Virus record (IMG/VR): IMGVR_UViG_3300045747_000454 | Coordinates: 1-64,000 of that record | Direction: 5' to 3' (one strand) | Source: a virus | Length of the DNA stretch: 64,000 nt | Shown: positions 32,262 through 41,700 of the stretch, piece after piece | Numbering within the stretch: the stretch's first letter is position 1 | Layout of the letters: each line of letters opens with the position of its first letter | The notes under the pieces: generated by a model | Databases searched by the model: none | Seen by the model: the letters and a program-made list of their open reading frames with translations, nothing else | What the model was told of the DNA's origin: nothing | Translations under genes and position numbers: made by a program

Positions 32262-35036
32262 TTATGCCACGCCCATGACAACAGCCTTGCCAGTGATGGC
32301 GGTGTTGAAGGTCACGGTGAGTTGAGTCGTGCTGTCGAACACGATCGACTGTGGGATCACCACGTTGTCGGTAGCGTCAACGATCGTCACGTTGCAGTAC
32401 TTGGTGCCGAGGTTGTGCGTGACAACCCATGATGTGGCAGCAGCCGAGATGGTGTCAACGTGGAAGATCTTCTTGGCTTGCCAAGCAGAGCCGTCGCCGA
32501 TGAGAGCGTACGTTGCGGTCGGTGCGGCAGAGCCGACGTCTTGCAGATCGCCAAGGTTGACGGAACCAGCAACGTCGACGCGGGACACTGGGACCCAGTC
32601 GCCAGCTGACTTCGTGAGCAGCGTGCCAGTAGCAGCGAGGTCGGCAGACGACACGTTGTCCAGATCGTCGAGCGTTGCGAGCAGGCTGACAGCACCAGAC
32701 GAGACGCTGAAGTGAGCGCTGTTGAACGAAGCGAGACCCTTGGTGGATACATCAGCATCAGCAACGCTGATCGTCACCGAGTTGGCGGCAGACACGGTCG
32801 TGATCGGAGCGGAGCCACCGACGATCGAGAACGATTCGCCAAGTGCCACTGCGTCAGAGCCAGTGGTGCCAGTGACGGTGATCGTGCTGTTGACGAGTTG
32901 AGCGTTGTCAACACCAGCAGCCTTGATCGTGACTTCACCAGCAACGTCAACTGCAAAGTCGGCCGTAGCGAACTTGGCGGTACCGCGCTGAGTCGTCGAA
33001 GCGATTTCAGCCGACACTGTGAACGTGCTGCCAGACAGCGCGGTGATGACGCCTGAGGTGGTGTCACCGAAGACCGACAGGGTCGAGCCGAGAGCAACGG
33101 AGCCAGTACCAACGCCGTCACCGTCGAGGGTGAGGGTGCTGTTGACGAGCTGAGTGTTCGTCACGCCAGCAGGCTTGATGAACAGACCAGCAGCGCTTTG
33201 GCCAAGACCACCGGTGGCACCAGAGTCGAGCATCAGGTACAGCTGTGATGGCGAAGACGTGAGACGGTTCGTACCGTTCGAGGTCAGGATCAGGGCGCCA
33301 GTAGCGGAGTCGAACAGGTCGATACCAACTTCGTCAGATGGGAGTTCGGTGATGCCGGCACCAACGTTGATGTTGACCGTGTTGCCAGAAGCAACAAGAC
33401 CGACACCCCAGTTGTAGGTGGACGAACCAGAGAACTGAGCGAAGGCAACAGCGGTGGTGCCAACGGCGACGACTTCAGCGGTTTGTGTCCAGCCGCTGTC
33501 GGCATTCGCGGTGCCTTCAGTGACGAACACGGTAGCGCCAGCGAACTCGGCGGCGAGGTCCATGTCAGTAGCGCGGGTGGCAAGGTTGCCAGTGCTGCTG
33601 TAGACGTAGATACCGTTCTGGGCTGGGAGCGTCTGGTTCTTGACCAGGATGCGATCGCCGTTGGCGAGATTGACGCCGTCGATTGCGGTGAGTGAGCCGC
33701 CGGTGAGGTCAAGGTTGCCAGTAGAGGCGACGCGAACAGCAGTCTTCCACGAGAGACCAGCGGCGATCGAGTCAACGTAAGCCTTGTTGGCTGCGTCGGT
33801 ATCGGCGGTTGGCAGATTCGGGAGGATGAGCTTGGAACCAACACCGGTGAACGTCAGCACAGCGCCGGAGTCCATCGTGTCGCCAGCGGCGTGCACATAG
33901 GTGGTTTCGGCGATAGCTTCGATGTCTGTCAGAAGAACGGCGGTAGTGCCAGTGACGCGACCATAGCCGTCAGTAGCCAGCTTCAGGAACGTACCAGAGG
34001 CGCTGTTGGTGACAGTAGCCAGGTCGATCGTTGGGGCAGCAGCGACGCCATCACCGTTGGTGATGACGACACGGGCAGAAGAGCCTGAAACGAGAGCGCG
34101 GTTGGTCCATGCGCTAGTACCAGTACGGACTGCGAAGCCAGTGCCAGCAAGACCTTCGAGGCCAGCCAGGTCGTCAGCGAGAGCGAACGTGATGTCGCCA
34201 GCAACGCCGTCTGGATTGGTGATGGTGACACCTGCGGCAGGAGCAACGGTCGTACGACCAGCGTACGCGTTGTCAGCGGTCTGAACGATGATGCCATTCG
34301 TGTTGAACACTGCGAGAGCCGTCAGACCAGCGTCGAGACCTTGCTTGCCGTTGAGCTGGGTCTGGATGGCAGACGTGACGCCTGTGACGTAGTTCAGCTC
34401 AGTCGTCGAGAGCGTAGCGCCAGTCAGCTTGTTCAGCTCGACGGCGGACGAAGTGACGGCGTGAAGCTTGACGAAGTCGGCGAGGACTGCACCGCCGGTG
34501 TGGAGCTCATTGAGCTCGGCAACGGTCGTGGTGACATCGGAAACGTCAGCGAGGACCAGGGTGTGGTCAACCCACTGGCCAGCGCCCGTGCCGTGGAACA
34601 GGAACTTCGGACCGGCTGGTGAAAGAGCAGCGCCGCCAGACGACAACGTCACGTCATTCAGTTCGAACAGCGAGTCATTGGCTTGCGCGTAGTTGGCGAT
34701 CTGCTGGATGGCGTTCGTGAACGACGTTGGGCTGGTCAGAGCGTCGGTGTTGGTGAAGCCAGCAGCGTTGAATACGCCTTCGCTGGTGATGCCAGCGCCG
34801 AGAGCGGTTTCGATTGCGTCACCTTCGACTTGGCTGAAAGCGTTGCCACCAGTGGCGAGTGCTTCCCAAGCGGAGGCGGTACCCTTGTAGAGGGTGGTGT
34901 TCGTCGAGATGTAGACGAGACGACCGGCATCTGCAGCGCCAGCGTGAGTTGGCAGCGAACCAAGCTTTTCGACGCGCAGGTTGGTGATTTCTGACGCGGA
35001 GGAAGCGTCAAATACGAGTGAGCCATTGATCTTCAT
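32262..35036 (-). CDS. long fibre protein (tail fibre/whisker-like)
   Basis: 924 aa G/A/T/S-rich; DAANKAYVD; IDGVNLANGDRILVKNQ..NGIY; internal ~85-aa duplication; C-terminal HNL domain. Confidence 0.85.
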   Translation of the reverse strand: MKINGSLVFDASSASEITNLRVEKLGSLPTHAGAADAGRLVYISTNTTLYKGTASAWEALATGGNAFSQVEGDAIETALGAGITSEGVFNAAGFTNTDALTSPTSFTNAIQQIANYAQANDSLFELNDVTLSSGGAALSPAGPKFLFHGTGAGQWVDHTLVLADVSDVTTTVAELNELHTGGAVLADFVKLHAVTSSAVELNKLTGATLSTTELNYVTGVTSAIQTQLNGKQGLDAGLTALAVFNTNGIIVQTADNAYAGRTTVAPAAGVTITNPDGVAGDITFALADDLAGLEGLAGTGFAVRTGTSAWTNRALVSGSSARVVITNGDGVAAAPTIDLATVTNSASGTFLKLATDGYGRVTGTTAVLLTDIEAIAETTYVHAAGDTMDSGAVLTFTGVGSKLILPNLPTADTDAANKAYVDSIAAGLSWKTAVRVASTGNLDLTGGSLTAIDGVNLANGDRILVKNQTLPAQNGIYVYSSTGNLATRATDMDLAAEFAGATVFVTEGTANADSGWTQTAEVVAVGTTAVAFAQFSGSSTYNWGVGLVASGNTVNINVGAGITELPSDEVGIDLFDSATGALILTSNGTNRLTSSPSQLYLMLDSGATGGLGQSAAGLFIKPAGVTNTQLVNSTLTLDGDGVGTGSVALGSTLSVFGDTTSGVITALSGSTFTVSAEIASTTQRGTAKFATADFAVDVAGEVTIKAAGVDNAQLVNSTITVTGTTGSDAVALGESFSIVGGSAPITTVSAANSVTISVADADVSTKGLASFNSAHFSVSSGAVSLLATLDDLDNVSSADLAATGTLLTKSAGDWVPVSRVDVAGSVNLGDLQDVGSAAPTATYALIGDGSAWQAKKIFHVDTISAAATSWVVTHNLGTKYCNVTIVDATDNVVIPQSIVFDSTTQLTVTFNTAITGKAVVMGVA

Positions 35037-35063
35037 GGGATTCCCTTTCGATGGGTAGTTGAA

Positions 35064-35294
35064 TTACGTAATACGTCGCGTCGCTGTTGTCAGCGCTTTG
35101 ATCGCATTGTTGAACGAGATTGGCTCAACCAGGCATTTGCCCAAATCGAACTCTGCGAGAACTTCAGTGTCGACGTCAGCGAAGCAGAAGATGCCACGAT
35201 TACCTTGCTTGTCGATTCGGTCAAGCTTGTAGCCCTTTACTTTCAAGGCTGCTGCCAGAACGATGTCCGACGATTCAATGTGTCGTTTTGTCAT
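35064..35294 (-). CDS. DUF5659-like small protein
   Basis: SDIVLAAAL..GY.L..FCF..VEP..F..IKAL pattern; late promoter at 35326-35333. Confidence 0.65.
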   Translation of the reverse strand: MTKRHIESSDIVLAAALKVKGYKLDRIDKQGNRGIFCFADVDTEVLAEFDLGKCLVEPISFNNAIKALTTATRRIT

Positions 35295-35340
35295 TGCTCT
35301 ACTGTGTGATCTGCTTTTCGAAACCTATTTATCAGGATGC

Positions 35341-35748
35341 TCAAAACAGCATCAGAATTGCACGCCCACTTATCGGCGTGTTGAACAGAACCTCGACGTG
35401 ATCGTAGTCCACGATGCGCACGACGTCAGCATAGACCAGCTCGTCGGTGTCATCCCAGATCGTGACCTGCAGCTTGCGAGTGTTCTTTGCGTGTAGAATG
35501 GACCAAGTGGATGCCGCAAGAGCCTGCACGTGCTCGTACGCCATGACATTCTGAATGGTCGTCGTCCCAGTGACGATGACCTGACCAGAACCGTCGGTAG
35601 CTGTACCGTCGGCGAAGATGAGCGCCTTGCCAGCGACGTGAAAGTGCGGACCAGCAATACCACCGGCATTGATGGTCGCACCGTCCGCCAGCAACCCCTG
35701 CTCGCCGAGCTCAGGGATCAGAATGATTGGGACCTTGACGACGCTCAT
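35341..35748 (-). CDS. virion protein with a divergent HNL domain
   Basis: YEHVQALAASTWSILHAKN..FNTPISGRA. Confidence 0.75.
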   Translation of the reverse strand: MSVVKVPIILIPELGEQGLLADGATINAGGIAGPHFHVAGKALIFADGTATDGSGQVIVTGTTTIQNVMAYEHVQALAASTWSILHAKNTRKLQVTIWDDTDELVYADVVRIVDYDHVEVLFNTPISGRAILMLF

Positions 35749-37391
35749 GGACGAACCTCAACTGACAATGAAGTGGTGTTGTCGCCAATTGTCAGGTCGA
35801 GATCAGGGCTTGAAACAGTGCCTTGAATAGTCAAATGTCCAGTCTTAGACTGTGCTGTGATCGTTACGTAGCTCGGACCAACCTCATTGCCAGACCCAAG
35901 TGTGCTCAGCACCGGCAGGTTCACAATGGTCCGACCGCCTGTTCGAACCACCGTCGAGCCAACGGCAAGACCAGAGACCTGAATCTGCTCATCGTGAATA
36001 TCTGGAATCACGAGGACACGAGTGATGGTGTTGGCTGTGAGCAGACCTTGATTGCGAATCTTGACGCCGATTTGGAACGAGCTGTTGCGCAGCGTAGAGA
36101 CTGGACCAGTGATGCTGATGCCAAGATTGGCTTCGGCTCCACCTGGCAGCCCTTGATTGACTGTGATGACTCCGACCTTGACTTCGTCGTCGAAACCAAA
36201 GTTGTTGATGGCGCGCAGGCGAACCGTGTAGATGCCTGGCGTTGCGAAGGTATAGGATGGGTGTGTTGCTGTAGAGTCGACCACACCGTCATTGGTGAAG
36301 TCCCACTCGTATTGTGTCACCGTGTTCAACGTCATGTTCGTAAAGTTCACGATGAGCGGTGCTGTACCGACCACCGTCGAGACGCTGAAGTCAGCGATTG
36401 GCACGCGCGAATCAACTGGCGGTGGCAACGGCACGAACTGGTCGAGAATGATTGGAGGTTGAACGTCGATGTAGATGGAGTCGGTGTCCCAGACATAGCC
36501 GGCAACCTGCAACACGCCTGTTGTTGGTGGCGTCGTTGTGACCTCGCCAAAGGGACCACTGAACACTGGGCGGTCAATCTGCGCTGCGGTGAACGCCCAC
36601 GATTCGTTTCGAACCAGACCGTCGGTCGTGATGTAGCCAACCTCGTTGTCATCAAGCGTTTCGGTGGCGATGCCAGCGATGCGAGACATGAAGTCGGTGC
36701 TGCGATTCAGCAGAACGCGCCGACCAGCGCCAACGCGAACCAGACTGAAGGCCGGAATCGGCTCATCAGCCATGCCAGACAGCAGGTCGGTTTCAAAGCG
36801 AACTCGACGGGCAGAGTTGTTGACAACGACAAGCCCAGCCGTCGTTGTCACAAAGGTGCCATCTGACTGCCGCAATGGCTTCAGATAGGCGTCGAGAACA
36901 ATGTTGCCGGCATCAAAGTCACCGCTGATGCCGGCTTGTGTGCCGATTGGGAACGTGCGAATGATTGAGCCAGCGGTGAGCCAGCCAGCGAAGACACGAA
37001 TCTTCTCAACCCACTTGCGTCCGTTCCACACGAACATCGTGGTTGACTGCGTGTCGAACCAGTGTTGGTCATCAAGTGGATTGACTGGCGGCGTGCCAGC
37101 AAAGATTGGTGGACGAAGCGTGAGACCACGCGTCAGCTCGCCAGTTAGAAGATTGACGTCCCAGTAGAGGTAAGAGGTAACGCTTGCCGGGATTGGACCC
37201 CACGCCCGAGTGACCGTCCGAATTTCTTCAACGATGTAGTTGGCATCGCGATGCGCGAACACGACGATAGTCGGGTCTGGTTGGACCAGCAAATCGACGA
37301 AGTCACCAACGCTTGACCTCTGAAGAAAAATTGGAGTCGAGAGCGCGTCTGACTGATACCGTGCTAGACCCTGGCGGAAGTTGATTTTCAT
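35745..37391 (-). CDS. PKD-domain virion structural protein
   Basis: PIADFS..GTAPLIVNFT..WDF..PSYTF..PGIYTVRL (PKD); C-terminal Ig/DUF11-like DNTTS. Confidence 0.85.
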   Translation of the reverse strand: MKINFRQGLARYQSDALSTPIFLQRSSVGDFVDLLVQPDPTIVVFAHRDANYIVEEIRTVTRAWGPIPASVTSYLYWDVNLLTGELTRGLTLRPPIFAGTPPVNPLDDQHWFDTQSTTMFVWNGRKWVEKIRVFAGWLTAGSIIRTFPIGTQAGISGDFDAGNIVLDAYLKPLRQSDGTFVTTTAGLVVVNNSARRVRFETDLLSGMADEPIPAFSLVRVGAGRRVLLNRSTDFMSRIAGIATETLDDNEVGYITTDGLVRNESWAFTAAQIDRPVFSGPFGEVTTTPPTTGVLQVAGYVWDTDSIYIDVQPPIILDQFVPLPPPVDSRVPIADFSVSTVVGTAPLIVNFTNMTLNTVTQYEWDFTNDGVVDSTATHPSYTFATPGIYTVRLRAINNFGFDDEVKVGVITVNQGLPGGAEANLGISITGPVSTLRNSSFQIGVKIRNQGLLTANTITRVLVIPDIHDEQIQVSGLAVGSTVVRTGGRTIVNLPVLSTLGSGNEVGPSYVTITAQSKTGHLTIQGTVSSPDLDLTIGDNTTSLSVEVRP

Positions 37392-37448
37392 CGGCAGTGA
37401 TGGCTAAGTTCAGAGGCTATTTAGGCATTCCGGCTCGTTTCAACAGGC

Positions 37449-38084
37449 TCAAACATTCTCTTCGACGATGAAGGCGGTCTGACCGTAGCCATCGTAGGTG
37501 TGCGTGCTAGTTTGATTTATATCGAGCATTCCAACGGCGCCAACGGCGACTTCGAGCGTGTACAGCGCTGTGTCTCGAGAGTTTGGATTGTCAACGAACG
37601 AAATCGAAATGTGCTGCGACTTGTGCGCCTCGAGCTGAGACACCACGAAGCCAACTGGACGTTTGTCACGAAACACCGTCGTCAGCATGTGGCAGCTCTT
37701 CTCGTGCTCGACGGTGAAGCTCGCCATGCCTGACATTCCACCACGACGTGTAGCTGGAGCGATAGCCACGCTGCCGAGACAAATGCCAGTCCCAGCAACC
37801 GGAAGTTGTTTGACATCCACGGCCTTCTCAATCTCTCGACGCTGTGGACCGATGCCCTCGGCTTTGCGGGTTCGTGGGTGGTCAATTCGAACCCACAATG
37901 TACCGTCGTTGACGTAGATGCCGGCGGCAAACCATGGGATGGTGTTGGTTGAAAGGTCGGCCAGCAGCACGAACATCTCACCTTGCTTCGGCGCCCGCGG
38001 CATGACATGACCTGTTGGGATGCTGAAGCGTTGAAAGTTCAACCCGACGGTTTCTGGGGCGGTGTAGGTTCCAAGTGAGCGCAT
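37449..38084 (-). CDS. hypothetical virion protein
   Basis: Within the late structural cluster. Confidence 0.65.
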   Translation of the reverse strand: MRSLGTYTAPETVGLNFQRFSIPTGHVMPRAPKQGEMFVLLADLSTNTIPWFAAGIYVNDGTLWVRIDHPRTRKAEGIGPQRREIEKAVDVKQLPVAGTGICLGSVAIAPATRRGGMSGMASFTVEHEKSCHMLTTVFRDKRPVGFVVSQLEAHKSQHISISFVDNPNSRDTALYTLEVAVGAVGMLDINQTSTHTYDGYGQTAFIVEENV

Positions 38085-38107
38085 ATGAGTATGGGTGTTG
38101 GTTTGTC

Positions 38108-38734
38108 TTAGCTCACCGAGATGGTCAGCGTGTAGGTCATCACGAGCTCACGATTGCCGGTGTGCTCAATCGGTGAGAAGACCAGATGCGACAGCATCAG
38201 CTCACCCGCTGGGTTCAGCGAGAAGGTTCCGGTGCCGTCGGTGTGCTTCGTGAAGAGACCGAGCTCGTCAAAGAAGTATGGACTGACGGAGGCAGCCCCA
38301 TCAATCTGACCAGCGTTGGTGATGTCTGTTGGGTTCGTGAACCCTTCGTTCGCAGAGATGACGCAGGTCACGATGACGCGAGTCATCGTCGTTGCTGGGA
38401 TGTTCGTGAACGTCACGCTGTTGCCAACGCCGACCTCGGCGTCCGAGTCATCCAGCACCTCAACGTAGGTTGGGTTGTAGAGGTCGGCATCGTCGGCGAT
38501 GGTGTTCGGCGGGTTGAACACAATCTGCTGCAGACCGTTGATGTAGGTTCCACGGTTGCCAAACTTAATCTTGAAGACTTGATAGTTGGCGGCGTTCGAC
38601 AGCCCTCGAGCGATTGCCGTTGCCATGTTCTTCGGGTGAATGGCATTCGACTTGTCGAGCAGCACCTCACCAGTGATACGGTCCTTGATGACGACGTGGC
38701 CAGCAACGGTTGTTTTCAGAATTTCTTGAGACAT
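38108..38734 (-). CDS. baseplate/virion structural protein
   Basis: GHVVIKD..NAIH, FDELGL, FSPIEH..YTL; late promoter at 38763-38770. Confidence 0.7.
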   Translation of the reverse strand: MSQEILKTTVAGHVVIKDRITGEVLLDKSNAIHPKNMATAIARGLSNAANYQVFKIKFGNRGTYINGLQQIVFNPPNTIADDADLYNPTYVEVLDDSDAEVGVGNSVTFTNIPATTMTRVIVTCVISANEGFTNPTDITNAGQIDGAASVSPYFFDELGLFTKHTDGTGTFSLNPAGELMLSHLVFSPIEHTGNRELVMTYTLTISVS

Positions 38735-38768
38735 AGGAGAATCCTCAGGTTTGAGCGTGTTGTATTTA

Positions 38769-41700
38769 TCACGGACCAGGCACCAGATAAATCTTGGCTT
38801 CGGTTAGGGATGGTAGCGTGACCTCGATGGCCCAGCTCGCCTCGTGCAGACGATAGTCGACCGGCGCAGCTTCGTGCATCAGCACGCGCGTTGCAGTCAG
38901 CTGAACTGCAGCCGTCGCACCTGGCAGCCAGACCCAGACCTGCGGAATCGGCATCGCCAGAAAGGCAGCGTAGTTCGACTCCGTCCAGAGGAAGCGAATC
39001 TGAACGACGTTGGCCGGCGATGTCACGGTCAGCGGCGTTGAGAAGCCCTCGTATGTCGTGCCGGCAGGTTGAATCAACGGGTTCGGCACGGTCTGTCCGA
39101 TTGGCAGAGTGTTCGAGTGCAGAATGGCTGTCGCCAGTCCGGTGGTGATGTTCGTGGCAACGACGAGCAGAGCGTCGCGCATCACCGAGCCGAAGGCAAC
39201 GCCGCTCTCAGGATAGCCGAAGCCGGTCAGCGATGGCAGCAGCTCTTCAGGATGCGCAGCAATATGCGCCTCAACGAGCCCAAGATAGTCGACCAGCTCA
39301 GTCTGAGCGATGTCATTGTTGACGAGGAAGCCGCTAAGCAGAATCAACGCTTGCTGCAGCTTGACTGTCTGCGCGACCGTCGGCGACGGCAGCACCGACA
39401 GCTCCTTCGCCGTCATGAACGTGCCAGTCAGCGGAACGCCAAGGTCGAAGTAGCCGTTGACGTTGTCCTCTGAGTCGTACGGCAGGTTACCGTGGCCGGC
39501 TAGAAAGCGTCCAGTCTGCGCGTCGCTCACGCCAGTCGCAGCGCTTTCTGGCTGGGCAATGTTGATGACCCAATCGTTCGTTTCAGGCATCGACACCGCT
39601 GCAGTATCGTGCAGCAGATAGTCGGTCGATGTCAGGCCAGCGCTGATGAAGAAGTTGAGCGTCTCGGTGATGTTGGCTCGCACTCTGTCGCCAGAGCCAG
39701 CGTTGTAGATGACAATGTTTGCTTCAGAGTTGAGCGGCAGATATGCAGCCGAGAAGGTCGCATCCCACGTGAAGACCGAGCCAGTCAGCGTTCCAACCAA
39801 GTCGCCAGTGCTGGTGGAGCGAACATCAATCGCCGTCTGGTCGTCAGAGAACACGGCGATTGATGTTGCGCTGTCGCGCGGTGACAGCGTCAGCGGTAGC
39901 CACGTTGTCAGCAGGTCAGTCTCTGGTGAGGTCGTGCTGAGCGCGATTGGGCTGAGACCAGTTGTCGTGTCCGTGTAGTGTGGGTCAATCGAGATTGGCG
40001 CCAGCTGAGTGATTGACGGCACTGACACGCTCAGGTCGTAGTTCAGATTGATGCCAAGCGACTCATTGAGGCGACCATCAACCAGCAGAAAGTCATTGGT
40101 GTTTGGTCGACGGTCCAGCGCATCAGGATTCAGAATGATGACGTCCTGTCCTGCCCAAGTGTCAAAGTCATCTGCCGTGATGACGAGCCGCAGCGAAACT
40201 ACGTCAGCCGCTGTGAAGTTGGCGATGAGCGTGATGTGGTCATCTGTGAAGGTGCCAATCATTGGCAGGCGTCCAACAATGCCACGGTCAGAGGCGTGAA
40301 CCGTCCAGCCGATGTTGACGCTGGCTTGCAGCACTGGCGTCAGCGTGTAGGTGCGGTTCGGCGCGTCGAAGCGCAGGCGAGTCAGGGCAAGCGTGCCAGC
40401 ACCAACAGTCCAGTGATTCAGCGAGGTCGGCTCCAGCATTGCAGAGTTGTGCAGCATCGCCGTTGGCTGCTGAATTGTGAAGCCGATCTTGCCGTTCCAG
40501 TAGGCATCGCCAACCACGGCGTTCGCCTGCCAGCCAGAGGTAGAGCCGTGAACCAGATAGGTAGGCTTGCTCGTGAAGGTCTTGAAGGTGAACTTGTCGC
40601 CAGCACCGAAGCCAGCATCGCCTGGTCGCAGCGTGAAGTGAATGCCAAGCGCCTTGAACGAGTAGCCCTCATTCGCACCAGCGCCCAGCGCGGTGAGCGT
40701 GCAGGTCGTAGTTGGAATGGCTGCGCCACCGTCGGTGCGAATGCACGCCACCGTGTAGGTCGTCGCCGAGGTGAAGGTCACCGTCCAGTTGCCTGCCGGT
40801 GCTTCGTAGAAGCCGTCGCCGTGCGGCATCAACCGTGCGCCGTAGATTGACGAGAGCCCAGCTGGCAGGTCGTCAAGGACAGCGTTCGGATTGCTGATGC
40901 CGAAGGAGAACACATCACCACCAGACACGGCAGGAACGTCGTTGATCACCACGCCGATGAATGGGCGAGTGCCCTCAACTAGCGTGAATGAGATGCCCTG
41001 CGCAGTGTTGTTGAAGGTGGCACCGACGGCAACCGTTCCAAGCGAGGTGCTGGTTGTGAAGTTGTTGTCAGAGTAGGTGACGGCAAAGGTTGATGCGTAG
41101 TAGACTGAGATCTCTGGCGGAATCGGTGCGCCGCCAATCGGCACGTCCGTTGCCACTGGGCGAGCCAGGTCAGGGATTGCTGTGATGCGCCACTTGCGCC
41201 CAGCCACGGCATTCTGCGCCATCTGTAGATTGAACAGCACCATGTCGTAGTCTGTGAAGCGAGTCGCATAGGCAAAGTTGATAGCCGTGGTTGTGCCAGC
41301 GTAGAGCGCGTCCTGATTGTCGAACGAGTCAAGGTCGTAGCCAAAGCCGAGGTCAAGGTCCTCAATCTTGGCTGGGTCGTTCTTGACGTGAATGAAGAAG
41401 CGGTCACCCTCGTGAAACGTATAGGCGGAGCCAGCGTTGATTCTGAAGCCGATGCGTCCGGCGAAGGTGATCTGATTGCCGACCGTCGCGACGCCGGTGA
41501 ACGACGGCATTCTGTCGTGCGTGACATCGAAGGTAGTGCCATCGGCGCGAGCGGTCAGCACCACGTAGCCGGTGTCGAGCAGCTGTCCAGACAGGGCGAC
41601 GTTTGACAGATACCCGTAGCGAGTCGTGGTCAGCGTTGGGCGAGTATAGGACGTTGGTGTCGTCTTGATGACGGTCCAAGTCTCGAGCGGAGCGTCTGGA

